NCBI GenBank assembly: GCA_003344405.1
Contig: NOWV01000228.1
Span: forward strand, 1 to 64,000
Source of the DNA: Trichoplax sp. H2
Lineage: Eukaryota
Direction: 5' to 3'
DNA length: 64,000 nucleotides
Shown here: in pieces, positions 38,248-52,859 of the stretch
Position numbering within the stretch: position 1 is the first letter of the stretch
Layout of the letters: the number at the start of each line of letters is the position of its first letter
Translations under genes and position numbers: made by a program
Notes under the pieces: generated by a model
Database searches by the model: none
The model's input: the letters and a program-made list of their open reading frames with translations, nothing else
Told to the model about the DNA's origin: nothing

Positions 38248-40511
38248 TTAAAAGCTTCCTTTTGATTCGGAAGTGATATCAATTTTAGGTTCCACTGTAC
38301 TCATTTCATGCGAATTGTGTTGAATATCAATAGATGGATTGCTCACCACTGCTTCTATACCATGGGAAGGTGATCGATTATCGATGGGTTTTGGCATCAT
38401 TGTATTTGCATCTCTAGGAGTAATTACAAGTTGACCACTTGGCGTTTGTGAAGCAATAACCTGTTGTACCGTTGCCATCGTAGGTACGCCAACTACTTCA
38501 GTATTAGGTATAAACTGTTGAAATCCAGGCTGTACCATTAGATTTCCACCTTGCGGTAAATTTACAATCTGATGCACTGCAGTTGGCGATGCTGCTGCCA
38601 TCGTATTCATGGCATGAGGTGCATATACAATCTGTGGATGAGCTACCTGTTGTGTAGTAGCTACTTGAACTGCATTGGTGGTCATGGCCATATTATGAGG
38701 TGAAAATATTTTCGGGTCCTGTTTGTTTAATCCTTGTTGGATATTAGCTGGTGATGGACTCGCTACAGTATCTAACTCTGAATAAAAATTCACATTGTTG
38801 TAATTAACTACGGCAACACAAATAAATGGTACTCAGATATTCTGTTATCCAGCTAATACAGTATGTCTAAATCTTGCTCATAACTGGCATTAGCATGTAA
38901 ATGCTAAAGAAATTACTTTTTTTTCTTTTTACTCTTTTAATTTTATTCTATTAATCTCTACAAATACTTATCCGCATGGTTAGCGATCAATACGATATCT
39001 TATCGTATCTAATATAAGACAATGAATTATATAGGGCGCTGCTCTGATGTAAGCGTAATTTAATTTGAAGCGCAATTTACCTATGTTTCTTGACTCAACG
39101 AGTGGTTCAACGGCAGTATCGTCCTACATTAAATAACAAGCAGACACTATTATCACTCTAGTTGGCTTTATAATAATTTTTTTAGAAACTATTCCTAGAT
39201 AAAGATTCTACAAATTATATAAGAACGGTTTGAAAGGTAAGTCTTTGTCCATATAAATAGCCAAATATTATGCATTATTCCCATCGAAATGATAGTGAAT
39301 AACATTTTACAATCAATTTCTTAATACTACTACTTACTGTAGAATAGGATGTGCAATATACATATTCAGAGAGCATGATGACACTCGATAAAGTCAATGT
39401 GAAGCCAGCGAAGGATATAACGATAGTTACAATGTTGTGCCAGCGAGATGTTGGTGTATAGCCAAGGATACTAATTAATCCTACGCAAAACTGGCTAATG
39501 GAAAAGACGCAACCAAGAATAGCAAAAGCATAATTTGCATGTAACTAGGTGTTCAAATATTAAAAAATTGAATTTAAGTCAGCTTCTGATAGCAGGAAAA
39601 GGGCAACAAGGAGTAAAACATTATTTATCTCTTTCTAAGTGAGCTATTTCTCATATCATAATTTACTCTTACATGTCTGCTTTAAACTTACCAATTTTTT
39701 GTTTAACCTATTACAATGTGCAACAAGCGCAAAGATTCCTGCCAGAAAATACTTTAATCAAATATAAATATAAAAAGTTTAGATAAATAGCATGATTGCG
39801 CAAACGAGAGCTAAAATGCTACAGATTAATATTTGTTTGAATTTAAACTACTGTCTGTACCAGATGATTATATCAAGAAATCATCGCCGTTATCGACATT
39901 ACTGTACTAGACGTTTGGGTGTAAATTCGTTACAGTTATATCGAGATATCGTACTGTAATTGCTAAACTACTAGTACATAGAAGCAGCAGACAGCATTTT
40001 AAGTTAGAGAATGACCCCCTAACTTTTTTAACATAACGCATCAAGATATACCCCCTACAAAATAACAACTTTAGTGTATCCTGTCACTTATCTACAGTAT
40101 TACCTACAAGGTTATAAAAACACTGATATGTTAAAACTATCAAATGTTAAAAAGAGATTCACTTATGATATAGAACTACATACAAATAAATTATTTGTGA
40201 TCATTATGTTTGTTACTTGATACTTTAGTGCTCTACGAATATCTAAGATATCTGTTATTAACATTTACCGATAATCCTACATAGATATCCTGAGCAATCT
40301 GAATGGATATATTTCCATAAACTGCCCTGGCTGTAAACGAAACTCCACCAAAAGCCATAGAGCAAATACCTAAAATAAGAGTAGTTACACCAAGACCCAG
40401 ATTTATGCGGCGTAAACCAGTTGGCAATGTGTAATTTTTTACTGATGATTGATTCTGCAGCATCTGTTGCAGTTGCTGCTGTTGAAATGCTTGAGAATGA
40501 GAAGACGGCAT
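38248..40511 (-). CDS. CD20/MS4A-like protein, copy 5. Exons 40511-40269, 39751-39692, 39544-39338, 39123-39081, 38777-38248
   Basis: AQDIYVGLS/YFLAGIFAL, LHANYAFAILG, WHNIV. Same intron phases, long low-complexity tail. Confidence 0.8.
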
Positions 40512-42560
40512 AGTACCCAGAATGTTCACCTATTGATTAGTCAACTGAAGATTTTATAGACTCTTTCGATCTATTATAATTGTTAATATTTTATCTCTAA
40601 CTACTTTAATGTTGTCTGTACACGTATACCAGAGTTATCAAAAATATTAATTGCTGTTCTACTGTGCAAGATCTAATTAAAGATTAAAATGTTGGATGAA
40701 CAATTGATAACGGACCGAAATCAAAAGCCTACGAAAACGTCGTGCTCAGCTGCTAAGCAACACAGACTTATTAGTCAATCAATTCTAATATTCATGTGTA
40801 GTCTGAGTATATGTGGCTACAGTGTATTTTATTCTGCATAAATATACAAAAGTGGTAATTATAATTACAGGAAAAGTTATTAAACCAATGCACTAGAAAG
40901 TATTTCAGTACCAACTTCTACGCTAATGAAGTCAAAATTATTTAAATTATCAATTACAAGGCAGAGCACGAACAAAGCATACCATATATTATCTAAGGTA
41001 ACTAGTTGCACAATAATTTTTCCACCCTCATTGTGTAAAAGGAATGTAAATATAATGAAGAAAATCAACCTCAAACATATCAAGAAGCCTACTAGCCACG
41101 CCTCTGATTTAATTATAAGTAGTGCAGGATCAATTTATGACCACTAATAGATTCAATTATTATAATTGCAAATGATCAATGGTAATTTAGACGCAGATAA
41201 GCTGCGTAAAAAGGATAAGTTATCATCGACTACCTATTCGTTCGCCCATGGTAGTTACTAAAATTTAGCACTTAAAATTACCATCGTTATGTATATCATG
41301 CTAGGTGACTAGATTAACTCTAACAGTTTAATAGATAATAAATATGAGAATCTACAGTATTAGTTTAATAGATTTCAACTCAAGAAGAATATAATGAACT
41401 ACTTACAGTATAATCATAAAGAGTAAAAATTGTATCATGAACCTATGGCCGCGTTTAATTCTGTTAACACTCGGTTGCTATAGCAATTACCCATAAGTAC
41501 TATACATATAGCGTATATCGTCGATAAACGCTAATACTATCATTCTCTTTACTATTACATATACATTTTCTTAAAGCTGAAATGCATCAGCAGCATGATT
41601 TAATGTCGGTAGCCTCAATATGCAAGAAAGCATTCTACTTATTTAGATGGCAATAAGCTTATTATTAACTGCAGTATTATTTTAGCAGCACAGAATAGAA
41701 TAATTTCTTACTATCTAAAAGGTTATGAAAAAAAGAATACTCTCAGAGCATATATTGAGACTCTTTTAACAATTAAAAAGAACTAGATCCCTTGTAATGT
41801 TTCCATTCTAGCAAAAGCCTGCTGCCATAGTATACGGTATCTAAGACATTAAACTATTATCTCTTTAAAATTTCTTGTATTCCAATATGATTAATAATGC
41901 CCAAGAAGTGACCATTAGGTACACAATTTCAATTTAATTACCTTCGTATAAGACATCTTCATGCTAGTAGAATGCATTCATAAATTTTAATCTATAGTGT
42001 CCAATATCTATAACAACCAAACTTACAATCCATCGCAAAGTGTACAAAATAGATTGGGTGGCCACGAGATTTATCACCATCGAATTTTTACAGTCTAAGC
42101 AAGTTTTAATATGTGTTCTTTATTTTTTTTAAAACAACTGATTCATTAGTTATTAAATTTTCGAGTATTACTAAAATAATTAATTTTTTGATAATTTTTA
42201 CTTGGCTAGCTAATGTTTTCACGATAAAGTTGATTTAAATTTGCACAATATAGTTTTTTGTCGTAAAATTATAATTCATGGCATCAAATTAGAAATAAAT
42301 AAATTATAATGTTGTGTTCAACACCTTTATCTCATATGTATTATCCTTTGCATACCTTGATTGGGCAACATTTTTAGTTAACTACTGCTCAATAAATGTG
42401 TTTGATTAAGTACCGTACTAAGTGAATTTGATTAAGAACCTATTTAAGAATTACTTAGATGATTCAGCAAACTATATAAAGTTCCATGTGAGTCTTTCAA
42501 TCTAGTATAGAATATTTCTATTTCGACAACTTGAATAGCTAGTAAATAGTATAATCAAAT

Positions 42561-44067
42561 TCATGAATTAGAATTATCTGTAGCCTCAGAAAGGATGGTA
42601 TAAACGCCTGAAGTTTCTTGATTTAAATTTACTGATCGATTTGAAGGCATTATTATTGCTCCTATTGGCGAAGATAAAATATATTTAATTAGTATTTTTG
42701 GATTAAGAACAATTCACTTGAACTTTAACTACTGACTTTGATATAAACTAAGTACGAGCAAATTAAATAACAGTAATAGCAGAATGTACCGGTCATGATT
42801 ATGCTACGCTGTTCTTAAATAGTACAGAAATACTGAATGCATATTCAAATTTTTTAACGTGGTTATACCGAAATTTATTCAACTTTACTAAAATCATTTA
42901 ATCATCCACTAAACAGATTTAGATAAGTAAATATATTTTATAAAACGATACCGTACAGGTATATGACACTTTTACCTGGTTGTCCTGATGGCTGTTGTAA
43001 AGTGGCGGCTTGGTTAGGATTTGCAGTATTTTCATAGTACATCGTACGAGCATTCTAAATTATAACGGATAAGATGGATACTCATTTAGAATGAAAGTAA
43101 GGTTCCCTTACTCAAGAGAAAAGACTAATGCAATCTAATAAACTGTTGCAGGTAATCAGAGAATGTTTATGTAATGTTTATGTAATGTTTCAATATCCTA
43201 AAGCGGTTCCTAATAGATAGATTAGTAGTCGTGTTAAATCTATCTATAAACTAACTTGCGTTCGTATATTACTTAATCGTATGTATCATATTTATACTTA
43301 GCGTTATATATATATCTCGTTATGTATTTCACGTTACCGTTGTTCCACAGCAATATATAGCCTTTGAGAGTATTATGACGCAAGCAAGAGAAAAGCTGAT
43401 CGCGAAAAGGGATAAAATCATAGTTATGATGTTATGCCATAACACAAATATATAGCCAAAACATGGAATTAGGCCTAATATAAATTGGGCAATGGCAGCA
43501 TGGAAAGCCAGGATTGAGAATGAGTAATAAGTATGCATCTGAAATAACAAAAATTGATGGTGATTGTTATCCTTATAACTTCAAAGTTTAAATTGTTAAA
43601 GTGATTAATATATCTTTTAAATCGTAATAAATGACGATAAATATCTTACAAGATGTGGATTCGTTTGATTGTAGTAAGTTATTATTCCAAATAGTCCTGT
43701 CATAGAATACTAATAGACGATATTTAGCGTTAGTAAAAAATTCACCGACTTCATTTGTCACAAAAATTTCAGATTCATTAATCTATGCATGCTCTGGATG
43801 GTAGTTTTGTATTCCTTTTAGAGCGATGCTTACAATCAATCCGATCCAAACGTCTTGTCCGATAACGATGCTGAAGTTAGTTTCGTATCCTGGCATCATA
43901 TATCCAATTCCACCTATAATGCTGCTTATCAAACCTGTTACGAATAAACTAATTGCTAAACCAAATGAAGCATGACGATATCGGCCTTCTAGAACGAGGC
44001 TCTTCAGTCCTGATATTTGATTTAGATCTTCCTCTAACTGTCCGTATTGAAAGCTATCCGATGCCAT
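42561..44067 (-). CDS. CD20/MS4A-like protein, copy 6 (short tail). Exons 44067-43834, 43709-43650, 43538-43338, 43054-42976, 42661-42561
   Basis: GQDVWIGLI/YSMTGLFGII, MHTYYSFSIL, WHNII. Canonical splice sites. Confidence 0.8.
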
Positions 44068-46263
44068 ACTTCGTTACCGTATCTTTTATAAAAGCTCGTG
44101 AATATTACAAGGATTATTTCGATTCTCTATTCTAATGCTCTAACTACGGTGTAAAGTGCTCTTTAGCAGTAAATGCCACTTTATGCAACTTTTGATTCAC
44201 CAATACAACCTATTCTGACAATAGTGATTATCAACGTTCGGGATTTAGCAACCAACAAACAAGTTTCCCACGTATTTTACAGGTATCACGTGTTACACCT
44301 TAATCTATAGTAATTATTTTACTGTAAATTCCAATAATTCAGTAATAAAGCGGCAGTCGACAAATTAAGTCTATTAAACTCACTGACTAATAATTAATGC
44401 GAGTAAATCACATATGCGTAAATATCCTATAGAAAACAAAGACAAAACCGATGAAATATTTATCAAACTTTTATATTAATGCACTAATTTGCATGAATTT
44501 CATTATTTTAAACTATAAATACAGATGTAGCTTAAGTATGCAATTATTGAATAATAAGCTTCATCCAGTAATCTTAGATGACATTGGAAATGTCGTTACA
44601 AGAATTATCTTTCTTTAAAATTTTAGGAATTAAACCTGAGTTGTACGAGTATGTTATGCTACTGAATTAGCAAAAATCAACAGGTTCCTCCATCTCTTGA
44701 TAATTACAGCTCTTAAGAGAACTACCTGACTGAACTAAAGTTAGGAGATAACTATTCCGCTAAAGAACGTAAATACGTATATCAGCAACAGCTTATCATA
44801 ACTTTATGCAGAAAATTATATACCGTTGACAATTTCGAATTTCTCAATAGTATGCTACTGTATCACAATCACAATCTATATACACTCTTTCTTAAGGGAA
44901 TGTTATCGTGCAATTTATAAGAAACTATTCTTATAGTTCATGAAGATAGCTGATTAATTGTATTATTGAAATTAATTTAACTATATAAAGTAAAGCCGCA
45001 GAACCTGAAAAAATTACCATAACTCATATTTTCCAGCACCCTTGAAATATTTTATCAAGCCAATCAAGGTAGTTTATATTAAATCACCTCATATAGAAGG
45101 AATCTCAAATAGATCAATCTCAGACAGGGGACGGTAGCGATAAGAATAAGAATGATCGCTACCGCTAGCTATCATCATAAATATATTTAAAGGAGATGAA
45201 AAAATCTTTATAAGATTAAAGTACGAATTACAACTCTAAATTTCTTGTTAAAATTACAGCGACAGTAAAATAATTTGAAATCAGATTTGTGCAATTCACA
45301 AACTACTTCTAAATCTTTACGAAGAACTTCTTATCGTACTTCCATTAATAACAGTAAAAATGTTTATTAAGAACTGAAAAAGTGAAATCTGCAATAAGGT
45401 ACATCAGGTCGAACAACTTTCAATTACATTGGTCGTAGAGTAATACTCTGTAAATGAAATTAGCATGAACAAATCCTTTCCAGGAAGCAAACTATCCACC
45501 AAGATTTATTTCGCTTCACTTATTCAAATAGAGTCATTTACGAAAAATGATATAAGTATAATAATAATTTTTAATACAAGTATCTCTCAAAATATTTATT
45601 TTTGTCAGTATAGAAGGTAAAAAACTGATTTTATTACTGAGTTAAGGATAGCAGAGTAATAATTATTTGTATCAAGAATCTAATTTAATGTATCCTGAGC
45701 TTAAAAATAAGAAGCTTACTGGATGCGCTTCTCTCCAGTCCTTAGATGCCTTTTGTTCGATCTATTTACGCCAACAAAACTGCCTGTAATTAGGCTTAAA
45801 TCATCAAAAAAAAGACTTTGCTTAAGTAGATCATTAATATTTTTATTGTGTGAACCAATCTGCTTAAAATCTCATTTCTCTTCTATCATAAATTTCCAAC
45901 ACCGTGTGGTGCGTGACATCTTCATAATTAGCGTATATCAAAACAACATAAATCTTGTACCGTAATTGATTAAGTGGCTAGTATTAGAAAATCAGCAATT
46001 TCTAGTATCGTAATTAGCAATTATCAAATAGTAGCATCACGATAAAATCTATTCTCAAAAATCTGAATATACCAAATATAGCTATCGATACAATCAAATG
46101 GGAGAGGGGGATTACTACAAAATATATATATGCATCTTCGACTTCAAGAGAGATAACAGAAATGAGTCTCACTTGCACGAATTATTTTTCTAAGCAACGT
46201 TTGTTCAACGTCTAGTATATTAAACTCTACGTATCGATCGATATATTCTGCACTTATACATAT

Positions 46264-46751
46264 TGTGATAGAGGGTTCGAAGGGTCTGCGGACGTGGACT
46301 CATTAGGTATTCTACAATAATGATACGAGGGGTTATTAGCAAAAGAGATATTTATTGCAGAGAATAACTAGGTACAGTGAGGAAGTTATTGGTAGATCAG
46401 TGTGTAAGCTGTCGTGAAGTAACGTGTGTAGATAGTAATACTAACAAGTGCAACAGAACAAATCTGAGGCAGAAATCATCAGTATTTATAGTTTTAGATA
46501 GAGAACACTTGCAGAGAGCAGAATTGTAGAATTAGATACATCATATACCATAAACAGGCTATATAATAGAAAATGATTGAAGGAAATAGCGAAGACTGTA
46601 GGTGCTATAAATAACTAAACATGACAAGCTATATTTGAACATAGTTGAAATAGACTATAGAATATATGGAGATATCTATATTCGGAACATAACAAAATGT
46701 CTATATTTAAGAAAATATCTAAAAATTACAGTAACAACTAAATATACTACA
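46264..46751. mobile_element. Solo-LTR-like element (488 bp)
   Basis: TGTGAT...CTACA termini, perfect 5-bp TSD CATAT (46259-46263 and 46752-46756), same family as 31650-32112. Confidence 0.8.
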
Positions 46752-47066
46752 CATATAGAGTGCTATAATATCAAAATATCGCAATTATTATCAAAAAATT
46801 CTCATCAATATAGTCATCCTTCAATTAAGCTTATATACTATTGGTATACAAAGGAATCTTGATAACCTAAAATTTTTACAGTTACAACTTAGCCTTTGCA
46901 AGGTTACAAAGAATACTGTTGATACGGAAGTAGCAGCAGTGGCTACGTCCTTTATTATAATCTCTCGTTTTTTTAAGGTACTAAATAGGAAGCTTCTTGT
47001 AGCACTTGCAGTTGTTGGGGAGAAGAAGTGGGTACTTGTTGCAATATTTGCGATTGTGTTAAGCAG

Positions 47067-49709
47067 TTATTGAAATTCCTGCTGAGGAGACTGTATTTGC
47101 GGGGATGGTACCTGCGATCCTTGTTGCAATATTTGTGATTGCTGTTGTTTTATTTCCTCCTGCTGCTTCTGTAACATGCCAATGAGTTGTTGCTGCTCAT
47201 TAATAAGCTTTTGTTGTTGTTCTAATTGTTCCTGTTGTCCTTGCATCAAGGGTTGTTGTACCTGTTGAGCTTGTAATTCTGGTCTCCTTAATTGCTGTGA
47301 CTGCGGTACGTTTACCGCTGTAATTCTATTTAGTTGCTGTTGTTGTAGTTGTATATCATATTTCGATCTAGTATAATTCCCTGATTTCAGCATATTTCCT
47401 ATATCTATAGAATCAGTGGTTAAGACAATTTGAGGAACCAACGCGTACAGTTTATCATGTTCTCTACGTAATAATATTGGTTGTCTAGCTTGAGGAATCC
47501 AATTACCTAGATAACAAAGGGGATTGCTTTACTAATACATGTTTGCGATGTCGTATCATCAAATTTTATATTTATTTCATATAAACTATTTAATAAAGGC
47601 AATCACATTGGAAATTATACGTAGATGTGAGTATATCTTACTGTAATCGTTGATATTTTTGATATAGTTTTTACTATTTTTCTCTGAAAGTTGTGGTAAA
47701 GTCACAGTAGGATTTACATCCAATGCGCCTTTAAATTCAGGCTTTTTCTTCATTAGGTCAATTCCTCGAGTGGAAGCACCGAAATCATTTGTATTTCCAG
47801 ATTGACTGTGAGCAATATTCGAATAATCCCCATCGTTAGCATTGTCCTACAATTGAATACCGGTAAGCATTAAATCCATATATATAAATACTTGTGAGAA
47901 TCATTTCGTCTATAGATTGTAATCCTCATGAAATAAATCTGCTTCTTTTCGTTCTTCAATAATTCTAATTATAAATGATTCGGGGTGAATACTTTATTGC
48001 AGGGCCTATCGTTAACAAAAGGTTCTACGATCGCAAACTAAAATTCAAGCACGAAGGCAATCTCTATTACATTACCCTAACTACTTATATCCTTAGCTTG
48101 TTTACAACCCGAAGATGATAAACAAGAACTATATTATTGAATAACATCTATTAACTTACTAGACTCGTCATATGAGCGAATTTTACGATTAACATCGTTT
48201 CCTACGAAATTTAAACTAGTGTATTCATCACACTAACAACATGACCATGCTTGAATTTGTTAATACTAACTGTAAATAACAATGTGATGTTTGCAAGTAC
48301 TTCTAATTTTATCATTAACTTGTATAGTAAACCTTAAACGATATCATATCCTTCTATACATAAATTAATAGTACGACAGTCTATTAAAAGTAACCAAAGT
48401 TTCATAATCATGATAACATAATGAGTCTTACTTTCCCTAATCATGACAACGTAATGAGTCTTACTACATAAATCATGTATCCAACTATGAGTCTGAAACT
48501 AACGCTATTGCAATCATTAAAGTTGGTACTGTGCTATTTCGGATTTGCAATAAAGAAATACAGAATAGCAAAAACTTATATTACCAAATATGATGATCGA
48601 TAATGTTGAAGATGGTGAAACTGAATTAGTAACAGATGCATAGCACATCAGAATCAAACTACGAAAAAAATACTAACAATCTATATCTTTTTACACTAGT
48701 TACGCAACAAGCACTGTGCAGCAGAATCATTAATTAAATATAAAAACTTACCAATTCGGTAGCCGTACAAGATGCACATCGACAACAACTGCAATAGATG
48801 CTCGCAGATAGTATTATCATCGTCGTCAAAGATAAAACAAACATCGAAAATGCTATCAATAATGACACCAAGCTGTGCCAAAATGTAGGACTGAGAATGC
48901 CCAATATGCATAGTACGAAGTGAGCGATAGACATTAGAAAAATCAGAATGCTAAACGCATAATAGCAATGAGTCTGTTGAACAATAAAGCAAATTGAACC
49001 TCAGTTAGTCTTAGTTTGTAATTAAAATGACTGAATTCGAACTAAAAAGGCTACATTTAAGTACTACGAAGCCTATAATAGTAATTTGAAACTACGTAAA
49101 ATGAACTACTTTCATGCTAAGAGATCGATACAACTTTCCATGGCACAGTAAATCTGTCAATAATTATCACTGCTCTTTTTAAAATTCTAAAATCTTACCA
49201 GAGCTCGAACGTTTCGACGTATTTCGGATGCTATCGCAAAAGTACCAGGAATCATATACTAGAGCATCATTTAGGAAAAAACAGCAGTTAGCTAATATAA
49301 ATTATTAAAAGAAGGGCTTCTCTTTAAATCACACGGCATATAAATTAAACCAATTAAAGTAATTAATAATTCCACACTCACGCCAATCGTCAAGAATTTA
49401 TCGCTTTAACTATTACTCTGAAAGCACGATAGCTCAATCATTCGTCAAATCTATTAATTTCAATAGACTTACAAATACTCCCATCCATATATCTGCGCCA
49501 ATGACAATATTCACATTCAGCAGATAAGCAGGTAAGAAATATCCAACAATACCAAAAATAACACTTAGAAAACCAAACAACAACATAGCGATGCCAATTC
49601 GAAATAAATGCGGCCGTAGATGACGTGGTATGGTGGACCACATAGCAGCGTATGTTTGGAAACCTTCAAGGCTTTCTGATGGATGAGAATGCAATGGGAT
49701 TGTAGACAT
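47067..49709 (-). CDS. CD20/MS4A-like protein, copy 7 (Cys cluster, long Q-rich tail). Exons 49709-49473, 49258-49199, 48973-48752, 47846-47642, 47506-47067
   Basis: GADIWMGVF/YMIPGTFAI, THCYYAFSILI, WHSLV, YCSCCRCASC after TM4. Frame stays open across canonical splice sites. Confidence 0.8.
48405..48495 (+). repeat. 33-bp imperfect tandem repeat, about 3 copies, in intron 3 of copy 7
   Basis: ATGAGTCT recurs at 48421, 48454 and 48487, with AATCATG at similar spacing. Confidence 0.65.
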
Positions 49710-51243
49710 AACGCTATAACATAGCTCCTATCAGTTTAGTAGTTGAAAGTTATAAAATCAGTTGGAAATTAAGTTAGCTTTCCCAACAAAGAAATATTAT
49801 CGACGAGCGCCTAAATCAACTAAAACGTATAATTCTAGCTCCTGTACTGTCCGCTCTATGCAGTCTGTGATTGTTGCTAACAATAAATAAGTATATTCAG
49901 GTATCTAGCTATGGTGTTGGCCCTAGCAATTGCTTCAAATCATCATAGTCCTTCCAGCCCAAGTCTATAATATATATAATTGTCTATCACGTGCTCGTAA
50001 ATTCAACAGTTAACATCACATTGTCCTATTTCGCTGAAAGTAGAGACTTACTCGAAAAGTAAGGAGTTCTAAATTTGGATATATGACTTTACCACTATAT
50101 CATGTGCTTCTATTTAAGCATGTCGATCAAATTTGGCTCATTTACGTTGAAGGCTTGTATCTCTATTAAGCCAAAAGGTATCAATGATCAATTTTTGATG
50201 ATCAATCTATGATTAAATCATTGATAATTTAAGGATAATTCAACAGAGTTAGTGCGATCATGGAAAACCAACTAGCATGCAAAAGGACGCCAGTAGACCA
50301 AACAACAAACTCTGAGAATTTACTGTATAACAGCTAATGTTATGATCACATTACGCTTGCAATACGCCCTATTCGTCATTTAAGGTGATAGTAGTGCAAT
50401 AAATAAAGATGTAATACTAACATTAACTATGAAGTCATGCAATTTTATGGCCGGATGTATCAGTTAATGCCATTAAATTAAGTAGAACCGTTAAATAATA
50501 CAGTGTCCCACCCTAAAAAATGTCATGTAAATAGTAACAGTAATTCCGCTGAAGTTTTCAAAGTCTCAATTGTTTTACCTAGCAAATAAAACTTGAAATG
50601 TCTTTGTACTTTGTACGCTTTGTCTTAAATGACGATCAAAAAAATTTGGTTATATTCAATATTTAAGGAATGTACTTAATGTTTACTCGATAAAAATTAG
50701 AAGTATGTATGTATAATAAAACAATTTACTGCTGTACGGTAATCTAACTAATTTTAGTATTGATGATGCTAAAGGGCTTAAAGTCCAATAAGTAATATCT
50801 TTCTTCCAACCGCTAGGATGATTGCATTAGATTTTATTTCCAACTACAAGCTTATTAACAAAGTAGAATTTATGTACTTGACATGCAAATGGTTACATGC
50901 AGGTGATACTATAGTTGGTTTTGCATTTCCGGAGTACCTACAGATAAATTAAACTATATTGGCGATTGGTGTTCACCAATATTATGAAATTATGGTACTA
51001 GAATGTACAGCATAATCAACTAAACTAGCCATATAACCGGCTTACAAGTAAAAATCTAGTAATATAGTGCATCAATATAGGAAGAATACATATTTCCATA
51101 GCGATGCTAACAATAGTTAATTTATACTTGGAGAATTTCTATCTTATTACTGAATTATTTAATTTATTCCAGTAATTGTGGATGTCTGCTAGTTTATTAC
51201 TCCTTAGAATGCCGCAAGAGAAGGGTTTTTCCACGAAGCCGAT

Positions 51244-51831
51244 TGTCACGGTACGCCGTTACTAATTAAGTAACTGTAAATTAATGAATGCTTATGAATA
51301 GATAAGATAAGGTTATGTGCTATGTTTTAATGCGCTTGTAGCTGATAATAGGATGGTAGAAATGAGATAAAAATAGAAGTTGTTAGCAGTTAATTTACTG
51401 TAGGTTTATAAGTTGTGTTAATCTCTAAAAATTGAGCTGTATATGGACGAAGGTTAAGCGTCTTAACACCTGATAGCTTGTAGCTATCTAAGTCTGAGGA
51501 TATCGACATGTATATTTAGTAATGGTATTATACTAATTAATGTAACTTGTAAAGCATGAATTCTCACTCGTTAATATTGGAATTCACTGTAGAAACCTAT
51601 TTAAGCGCGTGTGTTTGTAGAATAAAGAAAGTAATTGCTCAAGAAACGGCAAGACTCATATCGTGAAGAATAGTGTAATAATTAGTCAGTTGTCTGTGGA
51701 GATCAGCCGAGAAATCGAGTTCTCAAATACTTCTCTCATAGAAACTGAAAGTACTGGGAGAAATAGCCCAAGTTTTAAGTAACTACACTAGAGTTCTTTA
51801 CTTTCCTTTGCCACAAGTGAGGGTTGTGACA
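51244..51831 (+). mobile_element. Solo LTR (588 bp)
   Basis: TGTCAC...GTGACA inverted termini, perfect 5-bp TSD CCGAT (51239-51243 and 51832-51836), internal TATTTAA followed by AATAAA near 51600-51626. Confidence 0.85.
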
Positions 51832-52859
51832 CCGATGTGTACTACAATAATATGATATTTAGACGAGAAATTAAATCGCCCTGTATAGTTTGTTACTGCT
51901 ATTTCGTATCGCCGTATCGGTCTTGTTAAATTGCCTTTGTGTGGTACAAATATGTTTATTAGTCAACTGCTTTATGCTGTAAAAAAGCACCTCAAGAATG
52001 TTATCATAATGTTAGATAAGATACACGTGTTCACACCAATGGTAAATTATATAGAGAGAGAGGTGCATTTTATTCCTTCAAAAAGAAGGAAGAACTATTT
52101 TTCTTTCTCAAACAAGCAAAAAATTAAATCAATTCGTCCACCTTCAGAAAAGGACTAAACCTTATTTGTTGTACACTCAGCAAAAGTTGAGCACTCTTTC
52201 ATAAAATTCAGACTGAGTCATAACAAGTTTATATCTAAATAAGAAATTGTACTCATAGAATTATGTACTGCTCATTAATCAATTTTGCTAAATCTCGCTT
52301 CTCGTAGTTATATTTAGTTTCTATAGACTAGAGGCTGCTATTCTATTCTACTTGTATGTGCTTGGAAATTATAGAAAAAATTTTATTAATGGAGATTTAT
52401 TCAGGCGGAAGTACAACTCAGTACCTAGATCATTTACAACATATAATCCAATTTTAAGCTAAATACTAAGTAAATTTGTATAGTATACGCTAGAATTACA
52501 CGATAGCTGTACCAGTGTCATCATATTTTTGTCGAATTTTCTGTTTATCTCTTAAGATGAGCTGTAAACTATCCTTTGCAGAAGGTATAGACAAATTTAT
52601 AAAAGCATGCACTGATAAGATTATGTGACAATTGTATAAATTAAAATTCTTCTTACCCTCGGATGAAATTATTATAAAAAATCCAATTGCGCATAATTTT
52701 ACTCAATAACAGACAACGATATCTTAAAGTTATGGAATTTTATTATGTTGGCTTTTTTTGCATTTTATATGTGACTACATTTTCGCAAAGGGTGAAATAA
52801 CGGATAGCACTGCTCGCTTTATTGAAATGAATAACTGGCTGCAAGTTATTCATCTACAA

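Noticed and set aside
45132..45168. GC-rich hairpin CGGTAGCGAT...ATCGCTACCG followed by CTAG (Helitron-like 3' end)
   Set aside because: There is no spacer between hairpin and CTAG, the next base is not T, and no second copy or 5' end was found.
46975..47066. Q-rich coding-like sequence past the stop of copy 7
   Set aside because: It is in a different frame and repeats the preceding QSQILQQ segment. It is probably decayed tail, though a sequencing indel cannot be excluded.
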